Shown one piece after another: positions 9,591 to 18,884 of a stretch of DNA of 64,000 bases (position 1 is its first letter; each line of letters starts with the position of its first letter). The notes under the pieces were generated by a model, which saw only the letters and a list, made by a program, of their open reading frames with translations, was not told where the DNA came from and did no database searches. The DNA is from Candidatus Sumerlaeota bacterium (lineage in GTDB: Bacteria > Sumerlaeota > Sumerlaeia > MWCT01 > JAUWMI01): contig JAUWMI010000019.1 in NCBI GenBank assembly GCA_030613245.1, positions 6,728 through 70,727 of the forward strand, written 5' to 3'. Both the position numbers and the translations under genes were made by a program.

Positions 9591-10985
9591 TCATTGCGAA
9601 GTTGGTTCTGGTGTTTCGGTTATTGGTTCAATAATGACTTGATTGAGCGCCTCAGGGCGCAGGTATTTTTTTGCCACGCGCTGCAGATCACGGGCGCTTT
9701 GTTTTTGAATATTAGCAAGATAATTTCTTTCGAACGACGTATCGCCGGTCAGTGTGTAGTAGAAGCCAATTGAGCCAGACTGGCCTGCTGCGGTCTCGTT
9801 TGAGAAGTAGTAGACATTGCTCAGGAGCTTCTTGGCTTTGGCGAGCTCGTTGCCTTTAACACCTTTGGTTCTCAGCTTTTCGAGTTCAGCCAGAATGGCC
9901 TGTTTTGCCTCATCCAGGTTGTGGCGCTTCAGCGTGGCACTGACGACAAAGACCCCCTTGTGCTTGTGCGTTGGATATGTTGTTGCAATGCTTGAGACCA
10001 GGCGTTTTTTCTCCCTTATCTCCTGGTGAAGGCGCGAGGAGCGGCCTTCTCCAAGCACGTAGAGCAGCACATCCATGGCGTAGACGTCGTCAGGCTCCTG
10101 GATGCCAGGAGCGGGGAAAACAAGTGCAAGATAGCTTTCTTTGATCTCCTTGGAGATGCTCTCCATATTCCCGGTATTACGCTTTTCAGGCATGGGTGGT
10201 GTTGTGTAAGGGTCAAACTGGCGGTCGAACCCGTCAAACGTGGAGCGAATCTTCTTGAGCAGGGTCTGCATCTCCACGTCGCCGGCTGCAATAAGTACCA
10301 TATTGCGAGGGGCATAATAGCGATGATAGTAGTCAATCATCTTTTCGCGCGTAATCGCAGAAATCGAGTCAGGTACACCAAGGACCGTTTGCTTTAATGG
10401 CGAGCTCGCGTAGGCAATTTCATATACCTTTTCATAGAGGAGTGCGCCGGGATTGTCTTGCTTGCGATAGTACTCCTCCAGAATTACCTTGCGTTCCTTT
10501 TCAAGCTCCTCAGGGTCCAGGCTGGAATGCATCATAACGTCGGCAAGCACGTCCAGGCCGACGTCCACGTGCTGGCTGCTCACAGTGAGGTAGTAGTGAG
10601 TAAAATCCTTCGATGTGCCGGCATTCCACATTCCGCCCACGCCTTCAACAATGCGGTCAATCTCGCCCGGCCCGCGTGTCTCGGTCCCTTTGAAAAGCAT
10701 GTGTTCGAGGAAGTGAGAAACGCCATTAATTTCTCTGGGCTCATTGATCGAGCCGGTATTGACCCAGATGTCGAGCGTGACAACCGGCGATGCGTGGTTT
10801 TCGTGAATGACAACTGTTAAGCCATTGTCCAGAACGAACTTCTTCACGGGTTCCTCTCCTTTGACCGGGGGCCGCCCTTTTGTTCCGATCAGACCTGAGA
10901 GACCAGGCAGTGAGCATCCTGTAAGGCTGATCGTGCAGAGCAGCACAATGGTGATCATTCGATTTTGTATCTGATGCTTGATCAT
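9591..10985 (-). CDS. M16 family zinc peptidase, catalytic subunit, probable lipoprotein
   Basis: GVSHFLEHMLFKGT holds the HxxEH zinc motif. Lipobox-like LTGCS follows a hydrophobic N-terminus. Start is uncertain (ORF is open to 11039; Met19 chosen). Confidence 0.85.
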   Translation of the reverse strand: MIKHQIQNRMITIVLLCTISLTGCSLPGLSGLIGTKGRPPVKGEEPVKKFVLDNGLTVVIHENHASPVVTLDIWVNTGSINEPREINGVSHFLEHMLFKGTETRGPGEIDRIVEGVGGMWNAGTSKDFTHYYLTVSSQHVDVGLDVLADVMMHSSLDPEELEKERKVILEEYYRKQDNPGALLYEKVYEIAYASSPLKQTVLGVPDSISAITREKMIDYYHRYYAPRNMVLIAAGDVEMQTLLKKIRSTFDGFDRQFDPYTTPPMPEKRNTGNMESISKEIKESYLALVFPAPGIQEPDDVYAMDVLLYVLGEGRSSRLHQEIREKKRLVSSIATTYPTHKHKGVFVVSATLKRHNLDEAKQAILAELEKLRTKGVKGNELAKAKKLLSNVYYFSNETAAGQSGSIGFYYTLTGDTSFERNYLANIQKQSARDLQRVAKKYLRPEALNQVIIEPITETPEPTSQ

Positions 10986-11259
10986 AGAAATTCGATCCAG
11001 GTAAAGGCACCGGGGTGTTGCATCTGGATGTACCCTCATCCGAAAGAACCTCGGGTTTGTCCGCCTTGCTTGGCGGAGCAGAGTGTTTTCTTTAGCGCGG
11101 CATATATTACTCAGAGCACCATATTGGTGTCGCTGTATGCCTTATTAAAGTTTCACGCAAAGCCGCAAAGAAAACGGGAACTTTGCGTCCTAAGTGTCTT
11201 TGCGAGAGATTTAGAATCTGTAACTTGGTTACTGCTCTCATTAAATTATAGTAAATATT

Positions 11260-11820
11260 CTATCGCGTCTTGTTTTTGTCCAGCAGAAAGTGTTTCTGAC
11301 CGCGCTGTCTGGCCAAGCGATCCAATGCTGCAAGAACTTGTTCTACCACTTCACTCACTGTAAGGTATGAGGTATCAATATGGACATCTGCCTTGGCATA
11401 CTGAGCAGTGCGCTGGTCAAGGAGCTGCTTGATCATACGCAGCGGATTGGGGGTCCGAAGTAATGGCCGATATGTATTGCTATGGGTGCGTTGATAAATG
11501 ACATTGGGAATTGCTTCCAGGCAAACTAAGGGGCCAGCGCGTCGGAGATTGGCCAGATTTTTGTCGCGCATCACGATTCCACCGCCTGTTGCGATCACGT
11601 GGCGCCTGAGTTGCACAACGCACTCTGTTGCGCGGGTCTCAAGATCGCGGAAGTGCGGTTCTCCATCTTCTGCGAAAATGCGTGGGATGCTCTTGTTCGC
11701 CATTGTTACGATAATTGAGTCGGTGTCTATGTAGCGGTAGCGCAGGCATCGAGCCAGCTCCTTGCCCACAACGGTTTTGCCGGTTCCCATGAAGCCCAAG
11801 AGAACGATGTTTTGTCCCAT
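11260..11820 (-). CDS. aroK: shikimate kinase
   Basis: MGQNIVLLGFMGTGKTVVGKELA..YIDTDS (Walker A plus shikimate kinase signature). Confidence 0.9.
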   Translation of the reverse strand: MGQNIVLLGFMGTGKTVVGKELARCLRYRYIDTDSIIVTMANKSIPRIFAEDGEPHFRDLETRATECVVQLRRHVIATGGGIVMRDKNLANLRRAGPLVCLEAIPNVIYQRTHSNTYRPLLRTPNPLRMIKQLLDQRTAQYAKADVHIDTSYLTVSEVVEQVLAALDRLARQRGQKHFLLDKNKTR

Positions 11821-11822
11821 GG

Positions 11823-13019
11823 TCAGAGCTCCGAGAGGCGTTTTGTATAGGCGCTAAAGTTTGCCGTGATGTCGCCGATCGAGTCGCTGCCGAATTTTTC
11901 GAGCAATGCCTGTGCCAGCACGAAAGCAACGGCTGCCTCGCCTACCACACCAGCAGCAGGCGTAGCGCAAACGTCTGAGCGCTCTTTGCTGGCCAGGACA
12001 GATTGCTTGGTTGCAAGATTGACGGAGGGCAGCGGTTTTTTAAGCGTGGGGATCGGCTTGTGCACGGCGCGCAGCACCACGGGCTCACCTGTGGTCATTC
12101 CCCCTTCAATGCCGCCAGCATTATTGCTTGTATGGTAGAATCCGCCTGATGGGCCATGGCCTTGCGGCATTGCACGCCGCGAGGTGCTGAATCGAATTGG
12201 ATCGTGCACCTGGGAGCCGGTGCGTCGGGCAGAGTCGAATCCCAGGCCAATCTCAACCCCTTTCACTCCCTGAATGCTGTGCAGGGCCTGGGCCAGGCGA
12301 CCATCAAGCCGCTCGCTCCACGTCATCATGCTTCCCAGACCAGCAGGCACGCCCGTAGCAATCACTTCAAAGATGCCGCCAATGCTGTCGCCCTCCTGTT
12401 TCGTTTTATCAATGAGGCGCTTCATGTTGCGTTCGGCGTTCGGGTCGGCACAGCGTAAGGCAGATTTTTCCGCACGCTGATGAATCTGGCTAAGCGAATG
12501 CTTGGCAACGTTGGCTTGCACGGCGCCAATCTGTACTACGTGAGAAAAGATTTCGATCCTGAACTGCCGAAGCAGCACCTTGCACACGGCACCCACAGCG
12601 ACGCGCGCTGCGGTCTCGCGTGCACTGGCGCGCTCCAGCACGTTGCGCACATCGCGCTGGTTGAATTTCAGCGCGCCAGCCAGGTCTGCATGTCCCGGCC
12701 GCGGCGCGGTGACCGGCTGCGAGCGTTTTGGCCGTGGGCCGGTGAGAGCCATTTCAGCCTTCCAGTTCTCCCAGTCGCGATTCGCAATCACCAGGGTGAG
12801 CGGGCTGCCCAGGGTTTGGCCAAAGCGCAGACCCGAGCGCAGTTCAACGCGATCCTTTTCGATCTGCATTCGGGCACCTCGGCCATAGCCAATCTGGCGC
12901 CGGGCCAGCTCGCGATTTATGTTTGCCTCACGGAGCTCCAGGCCAGCAGGTAGGCCTTCTAAAATAGCGGTGAGGCAAGGCCCGTGCGATTCGCCGGCAG
13001 TCATATAGCGAAGCGGCAT
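11823..13019 (-). CDS. aroC: chorismate synthase
   Basis: MTAGESHGPCLTAILEGLPAGL.., GRSSARETAARVA-like block, 398 aa. Confidence 0.95.
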   Translation of the reverse strand: MPLRYMTAGESHGPCLTAILEGLPAGLELREANINRELARRQIGYGRGARMQIEKDRVELRSGLRFGQTLGSPLTLVIANRDWENWKAEMALTGPRPKRSQPVTAPRPGHADLAGALKFNQRDVRNVLERASARETAARVAVGAVCKVLLRQFRIEIFSHVVQIGAVQANVAKHSLSQIHQRAEKSALRCADPNAERNMKRLIDKTKQEGDSIGGIFEVIATGVPAGLGSMMTWSERLDGRLAQALHSIQGVKGVEIGLGFDSARRTGSQVHDPIRFSTSRRAMPQGHGPSGGFYHTSNNAGGIEGGMTTGEPVVLRAVHKPIPTLKKPLPSVNLATKQSVLASKERSDVCATPAAGVVGEAAVAFVLAQALLEKFGSDSIGDITANFSAYTKRLSEL

Positions 13020-13129
13020 CGTTTTCTCCTGTTAAGAATTTGGCTCAAATTATTGTGTAGATATGTGTTACGCGTATAAAATTAAAACACCAACCAATTT
13101 CCGACAGCGAACAACCTATCAATTTTTGC

Positions 13130-13158
13130 GTAGGGGCAGGTTTTAAACCTGCCACTAC
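13130..13158. repeat. REP-type palindrome, family A variant
   Basis: gtaggggcaggttttaaacctgccactac, in the aroC/aroE intergenic gap. Confidence 0.8.
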
Positions 13159-13180
13159 AATGTCTAACCGACCGTTCACC

Positions 13181-14047
13181 TTACTCCAGACCGAGCGCCT
13201 TGGTCACAACATCGCGCATCAGGACGATGTTGGGCTCAACGCCGGTCCATATTTTAAACGCAGCGGAACCCTGGTGGACCAGCATGCCAGTGCCATTGAG
13301 TGCGCGGCAGCCTTTTTCACGCGCAGCCTTGAGCAGCGGCGTTTCAGCGGGAATGTAGATGGAATCGAAGACAAAAGTCTTCTTCGAGAGATGTGCCGGA
13401 TCAAGCGGAAGCGGGTCATCAGATCGTAAGCCCAGTGCCGTGGCGTTTACCACAATGTCTGCGGCCTCAACAGATTTCGCGAACTGCTCGGAGGCAGGCT
13501 CGACTGCCACGGTCTTGACTTCAGGCCGGACAGCCTGAATGGCAGCCACCAGGCGTTTGGCCTTGTCCTTAACGACATCGATGAGGGTTATCTCGCGCAC
13601 GCGTGAAAAAGCTACTCCCACGCTAATTGCACGGCCAGCGCCTCCTGCTCCGATCACCACGATGCGTTTGCCTTCCAACTGAACCTTCGCTTCTTTCTCA
13701 AGGGAAATCAGGAAGCCCATGGCGTCTGTGTTGTAGCCAAGGAGCCGGTTTTCTTTAACGAGAATAGTGTTAACCGCGCCGATAGTCTGCGCCTCGGAGC
13801 TCGCCTCGTCCAGATAGTTGAGCACTTTCTCTTTGTGCGGTTGCGTGACGTTTGCGCCGATCATGCCAAGGGCGTGCAGCCCCAGGATTGCCTGTTTAAG
13901 TGCAGCAGGTTTGACCGGGAAAGCCACGTAGCAGAAGTCCAGCCCTTTATCAGCAAATGCGGCATTGTGCATTTGTGGCGACAGACTGTGATTCACAGGC
14001 CAGCCGATCAGGCCCACCAGTTTCGTTGTGCCTTTAATTTCTCCCAT
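13181..14047 (-). CDS. aroE: shikimate dehydrogenase
   Basis: GLIGWPVNHSLSPQMHNAAF.., NVTQPHK, GAGGAGRA Rossmann motif. Confidence 0.9.
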   Translation of the reverse strand: MGEIKGTTKLVGLIGWPVNHSLSPQMHNAAFADKGLDFCYVAFPVKPAALKQAILGLHALGMIGANVTQPHKEKVLNYLDEASSEAQTIGAVNTILVKENRLLGYNTDAMGFLISLEKEAKVQLEGKRIVVIGAGGAGRAISVGVAFSRVREITLIDVVKDKAKRLVAAIQAVRPEVKTVAVEPASEQFAKSVEAADIVVNATALGLRSDDPLPLDPAHLSKKTFVFDSIYIPAETPLLKAAREKGCRALNGTGMLVHQGSAAFKIWTGVEPNIVLMRDVVTKALGLE

Positions 14048-14081
14048 TGCTCTCTACTCCCCCATCGTGTGATTCCCTCTC

Positions 14082-15149
14082 CTAATAAGAGATGAAGAGG
14101 TAGGTATAGATAAAGCGAAGGATTTCGCGGTGCCAGAGAACGACAATCACCGAGGCCAGGGCAATATAAGGACCAAAAGGCATGGGATGTGGTTGCACAA
14201 CCGGTTTCTCTGACGACGCTTCAGATGCCGCCAAGTTCTGAAGCATCTGCTGTTCAAGCGCTGCCTCGTCTGATTGCAGTACATGAGAGGCGGTTGCCTG
14301 GGTGTTCGGGAGCTGTTCCTCGGGTGGGCTGCCCGGAGGCGCTGAGCCCGCATTGGGCAACGCTGGTTTTTGCGCTCCGGTCCCGTGAACAATGCGATGC
14401 GAGACCAGCAGCGACACACCGATGAATGCTCCGAGAAACGACGAGAGAGCCAGAATAAAAACCGCGTTGATCCAGCCCACCATCGCACCGATAAATGCGA
14501 ACAGCTTTATGTCTCCCCCACCCATTGCCTCCTGGCCAAAGACCAGTGATCCAACCACGGCGATACCTTTGAGCAAGAGGAATCCAAATCCTGCACCAAT
14601 CAGCGCGTTGAGCAGCGGGATGAACATGGATTGGCCGTTTACCGGGCCTGCAGTGCTTATGAGCAGACTCGATCCCAACCACGGTGCGAGCAGCGCCACC
14701 ACAAGTGCAAATCCAAGTCCTCCGAGGCTGATCGGGTTGGGAATGATCCAGTGGTCAAAGTCCGTAAAGGTAGCGATGATCAACATTGAGAAAAAAACCA
14801 GATAGACAGCCGTAGCCCACGTGTAACGGAATTTGAAAAATGTCAGCACAAAGAGGATACCTGTCAGCAGCTCGACCAGAAAATAGCGGGGACTGATGCG
14901 GCCGCCGCACGTGCGGCAGTGGCCCCACAGGAGCACGTAGCTCAGCAGCGGAATGTTATCGTACCATTTGATTGGTGTGCCGCACGCGAAACAGTGCGAG
15001 TTGGGAAATACGATAGATTTTTTTGCTGGAATACGATAGATACAGACATTGAGAAAACTTCCAACCACGAGCCCCAGGACGCCGAGAAAGATTGCGTGGG
15101 CAAGAAAATAATCAGGCGATAAAAGCTCAAGTACTTCCATAAGCGTCAC
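14082..15149 (-). CDS. pilD: prepilin peptidase (A24 family) with a long low-complexity insertion
   Basis: FLNVCIYRIP, zinc Cys pairs CFACG..CRTCGG, GGGDIKLFAFIGAMVGW and a C-terminal PFGPY motif. About 69 extra residues precede PFGPY. Confidence 0.85.
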   Translation of the reverse strand: MTLMEVLELLSPDYFLAHAIFLGVLGLVVGSFLNVCIYRIPAKKSIVFPNSHCFACGTPIKWYDNIPLLSYVLLWGHCRTCGGRISPRYFLVELLTGILFVLTFFKFRYTWATAVYLVFFSMLIIATFTDFDHWIIPNPISLGGLGFALVVALLAPWLGSSLLISTAGPVNGQSMFIPLLNALIGAGFGFLLLKGIAVVGSLVFGQEAMGGGDIKLFAFIGAMVGWINAVFILALSSFLGAFIGVSLLVSHRIVHGTGAQKPALPNAGSAPPGSPPEEQLPNTQATASHVLQSDEAALEQQMLQNLAASEASSEKPVVQPHPMPFGPYIALASVIVVLWHREILRFIYTYLFISY

Positions 15150-15340
15150 GTCTACCTTTCACGCTTAAGCTATAGCGTAGCAGCCAGAGTTTTGGCAAGT
15201 CAAAAACTCTGAACACATACGTAGATAGGGTGGCGAGAATAAACCTAGGCAGAACCGGAATATAGAGGTGAGGAAGATGCGAAGAGATCGGGTGTTTGTT
15301 GGTCGGTGTGCGTGCGGGCAGAAGCATTGACCTTGGCGGC

Positions 15341-16285
15341 TCACCGGTGCTTATTGCGTTGCGATGCGGCTCGTTGTCTGGATCCTGGCGGTGCGCGCCG
15401 AGTGCCTGGTGAAGGCAAAATGGTGCCGTGGGCTAGTTTGTCGAACTTACAGATCAGCTGTTTGCGAAGTCGCAGTGGCTCACGGATGCGCTTACGTGCA
15501 ATGTCAATGTAGTGCTGCTTGATTTCGTAACCCGTCCATAAGCGTCCGAGGCGCTTTGCCACTTTCAGGGTTGTACCAATTCCAGCGAAAGGATCGAGTA
15601 CGAGATCGCCCTTATAGGAATAGAGCTGAATGAGGCGATAGGGAATCTCCTCGGGAAAGGGGCAGGGATGATCATACTGGCCGGGAGGTACCGGGGCGAT
15701 GTGCCAGATGTTGTTAGCGATCTCGCGAGTGAAGATTGAATCTATTGGAATGCGGCTATCCTCTTTTTGCCCGACTGTGCGGCGGGCAGAAATTTTGTCT
15801 CTCTGGCCGCGCTTGCCCGACGTCCGCTCGCCCCGACGGAAAATCATAATATATTCGGTCATAATGTTCGGGTAATAGTTACCCGGGTATGGACTCCGTA
15901 TGACTGAGCCTGCACGTTTCACGCCTCCGGTGCATTTGTACCAGACGATATCCTGATGAAAGCGCCAGCCGATCTCTTCCATGAGAGAGGTGAAGTGAAA
16001 AGGAAGCGGGGTGTGGACACCGTCGAGGAGCACGGTGCCGATCACAACAGCACAGAATGAGCCGTCGCGATGGACGCGCAGGACTTCCCTGAAGCAGCGG
16101 CGAAGAAAATCAAGATAGGTCACATAGTTTTCTTCCTGGCGTGGCCGGTAATTCGCACCGCGCGCACCTGTGTGGACATTGTAGTCAATTGCATTCCAGT
16201 AAGGCGGGCTGGTCACCGTGAGGGCCACGCTTTTGTCAGCCAGTTCCGGCATGGATTCACAGGAATGAAGAAAAATACGGTTCAT
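15341..16285 (-). CDS. DNA methyltransferase, beta class (motif IV before motif I), N4-C or N6-A specific
   Basis: LTVTSPPYWNAIDY (motif IV) lies upstream of VLDPFAGIGTT (motif I). 314 aa. Confidence 0.8.
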   Translation of the reverse strand: MNRIFLHSCESMPELADKSVALTVTSPPYWNAIDYNVHTGARGANYRPRQEENYVTYLDFLRRCFREVLRVHRDGSFCAVVIGTVLLDGVHTPLPFHFTSLMEEIGWRFHQDIVWYKCTGGVKRAGSVIRSPYPGNYYPNIMTEYIMIFRRGERTSGKRGQRDKISARRTVGQKEDSRIPIDSIFTREIANNIWHIAPVPPGQYDHPCPFPEEIPYRLIQLYSYKGDLVLDPFAGIGTTLKVAKRLGRLWTGYEIKQHYIDIARKRIREPLRLRKQLICKFDKLAHGTILPSPGTRRAPPGSRQRAASQRNKHR

Positions 16286-16345
16286 CGTTGTGTTACCTAA
16301 ATAAAATATGGTCAGGCCTCTCCTATTGCCTGGTGTGTTGCAGCT

Positions 16346-16912
16346 CTACGGGATTTCCGCTTCTTTCTCCAGTCTTTCGAGCAGTTGCTGCACGCCAAGT
16401 TTTATTGCCCACGAGCGCAGGTAGTGCACGTCCAGCTTTTCATATTGTACCTCATAGACACGCAGTGCGTCTGTGAAGTGTTTTTCGCTACCTCCGGAGA
16501 GTTTTGCCCATCTCAGTTTTGCCAGGATGGTATCCTCTGGAGTTGAGACGGAGAGTCGAATTCCCATTACTTCTTCAACATACTTGCGTGAAAACCGTGA
16601 GCGGTCGAAGGGCTCATCTGTTAGCAGCCAGAAATCGACCTTATCTCCGCTATTTACGTCAATGAGGTTGAACATGCCTTTTTTGTTGATTGCTTCAATA
16701 ATAGTTTCTTGGTCGAGGTAAAAATCAGGGGGCGGAAACGTGTTGAGCAGCTCATTTATGGCCGCTGTTTCAATGTCAACCACGAGATCTATGTCGTGGG
16801 TTGTGCGTGGCTCACCCTGAAGGCTGGACGCAATAGAACCCGTCACCATGTATTCAATTCCAGCGCCGTCAAGTACCCGTACAACTTTTCTTAGTAATTC
16901 CTGTTGTGACAT
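16346..16912 (-). CDS. nucleotidyltransferase-fold protein (minimal NTase-like)
   Basis: TGSIASSLQGEPRTTHDIDLVV fits the G[SG]-x(9-13)-DxD NTase signature. 188 aa. Its start overlaps the upstream small gene by 22 nt. Confidence 0.55.
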   Translation of the reverse strand: MSQQELLRKVVRVLDGAGIEYMVTGSIASSLQGEPRTTHDIDLVVDIETAAINELLNTFPPPDFYLDQETIIEAINKKGMFNLIDVNSGDKVDFWLLTDEPFDRSRFSRKYVEEVMGIRLSVSTPEDTILAKLRWAKLSGGSEKHFTDALRVYEVQYEKLDVHYLRSWAIKLGVQQLLERLEKEAEIP

Positions 16913-17106
16913 TTATTCAGGCGTTCCAGATATATTTTTTTAATTGCATCCTCTGACAAATCAGGGAATCGCTTACGCAGCCCATGGAAGAAGAGATCTT
17001 TGGAGAACTGCGTTAATTCGAAGCACTTAAGCAGCCTCGCTTCAGGCGACATGCGACGGAGTGCTTGAATGTATAGTCTGTGATTCGGACGCTTTTTAAT
17101 GTTCAT
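16891..17106 (-). CDS. small helical protein (71 aa), probable partner of the NTase-fold protein
   Basis: Overlaps the downstream gene by 22 nt (translational coupling). No family recognised with certainty. Confidence 0.45.
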   Translation of the reverse strand: MNIKKRPNHRLYIQALRRMSPEARLLKCFELTQFSKDLFFHGLRKRFPDLSEDAIKKIYLERLNKCHNRNY

Positions 17107-17610
17107 GGTTTCTCAGAACCATTGTACCACATCGTCCCACATGGCAGATAACTGAGGGGGCAGGGAGTTTTACCTCTGACCCCTCATCCCGAGCGAAGCG
17201 AGGGATCTCCTTTCAAGCCATTATAGAGATCCATCCACAGTCATTATAGGAGTAAGATCCTTCGTCGCTTCGCTCCTCAGGATGAGCAGTCGGCGTTATA
17301 GAAAACTCCCCGACTGCTCAGATAACTATAAATAACCATTATTTTAGGAACAGACATTGTCTATCAAATCAGAGAGCGGGCTTTCAAGCGAAAAAGCCGT
17401 AAGCCCATGCTCATTAATCAAGATAGGGCACAGGGCCCGGGTTTCGAACTTTGGAATTACGTTACTGAAGCCTGAGCGAGAGTTTGATTTTTAGTTGACG
17501 AGAGCGTTTGAGGAATTAAGATGATGAATTCTGTAATTGCGGAGATTCAAGATAGTTCGGCGTCTGGTTAATTTAGGCCAGAGAAATAATTTCGTGCGAA
17601 GGAGATAGAT

Positions 17611-18840
17611 ATGCGGATTCTATTATACATACTTATTCCGGTCGTAATGCAGCTGGGAGTAGTGGGAATCGCGCAGGAGCAGGAGCAGCAGATGCCTCCC
17701 GATGAGGTTCGGCGTGGGATTCCCATGCGCGGCATTGGTGGAAAAACACGGGCTCAGATTTACAACGAGCGCTTTGCTGCGAGAATCGAGCCAAGTGGAA
17801 AAGGTGATCTGGCAAAAGCGCAGCACTACGTTGATCTCTTCAAAGCGCTTACCATTACGGATCCCCACCTTTTCCATTTTGACGTCCAAGCCACCACACA
17901 AACCCTGCCATTGCGTCTTACGGGCAGCGTGGAGTTTTCGGAAAATAAAGACTCGCTCATTCGACTCCTTGAGCAACTCGGGTTCCAGGACGTGAAGGAT
18001 GAGATTGAGGTGCTTCCTTCACAGAGGCTCAGGGGCAAGGAGTTCGGCCTGGTCAAGGTGCCTGCGGTCTTTGCCCGTGCTAGGCCTGATGAGAAATCTG
18101 AGCCTATGAATCAATGCTTGCTGGGCGATGCGCTCTACCTGCTCGATGAGCACCCAAACGGCTTTTTTCTCTGCCACGCGGCAACCGGCTACCTCGGCTA
18201 TGTGCCCAAAACTGCTGTTATGGCTGTGGATCGAGAGGCGTTCCGCAAATATACTAGTGGTTTCCGCGTTATATTCCAGAAACAATTTGACGAATTAGGC
18301 GTCACGATTCCCCTGGGCGCTAAGCTCAAGCTGCTGGGGCGGAAAGGCCGGATGCATGTGGTCCAGCTGCCCGAGGGACAAGAAGTTCGGGTCAAAGCAG
18401 AGTATGTTAAGGTGCGTGCGGATAAGCCCTCAGAGTTCGCGGAAAGAATATTTAAAACCGCACGTATGTTTCTCGGGAGGCCGTATCGCTGGAGCGGCCA
18501 GACTTTGGAGGGAAGCGACTGCTCGGGATTTGTGAACACGGTGTTTCGCGCCAACGGCATCAATCTGCCGCGCGACGCTTACCAGCAGCTCGTGTGCGGT
18601 GAACTTACTGGTACGCGCTGGTATCGCGACTCTATGCAGGCCGGTGATACGCTCTATTTTATAAGTGGTCGGTCAGGCAGAATCACCCACACTGGTATTT
18701 ATCTTGGCAAGGGGAAGTTCATCCACTCAAGCCGGTCAGGTGTGGTGATCGAGAGCCTGAACCCTGACGACGAGGATTACAACGAGAGGCGGGATAAGGG
18801 CCTGGCCTTTGCCAAGCGGCTGGTGGAATTCACTGAGTAG
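17611..18840 (+). CDS. NlpC/P60 (C40) family peptidoglycan peptidase with N-terminal accessory domains
   Basis: GRPYRWSGQTLEGSDCSGFVNTVF..HTGIYLGKGKFIHSS holds the catalytic Cys and His blocks. Signal-like N-terminus. Confidence 0.85.
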   Translation: MRILLYILIPVVMQLGVVGIAQEQEQQMPPDEVRRGIPMRGIGGKTRAQIYNERFAARIEPSGKGDLAKAQHYVDLFKALTITDPHLFHFDVQATTQTLPLRLTGSVEFSENKDSLIRLLEQLGFQDVKDEIEVLPSQRLRGKEFGLVKVPAVFARARPDEKSEPMNQCLLGDALYLLDEHPNGFFLCHAATGYLGYVPKTAVMAVDREAFRKYTSGFRVIFQKQFDELGVTIPLGAKLKLLGRKGRMHVVQLPEGQEVRVKAEYVKVRADKPSEFAERIFKTARMFLGRPYRWSGQTLEGSDCSGFVNTVFRANGINLPRDAYQQLVCGELTGTRWYRDSMQAGDTLYFISGRSGRITHTGIYLGKGKFIHSSRSGVVIESLNPDDEDYNERRDKGLAFAKRLVEFTE

Positions 18841-18884
18841 CATGCCCCACCACGGCCTGTGATAACTAACCAAGGAGAACGCTC

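Noticed and set aside
15341-16285. Methyltransferase as part of a complete restriction-modification system
   Set aside because: Neither flanking gene (prepilin peptidase, NTase-fold protein) shows nuclease motifs. It is treated as an orphan or defence-island methyltransferase.
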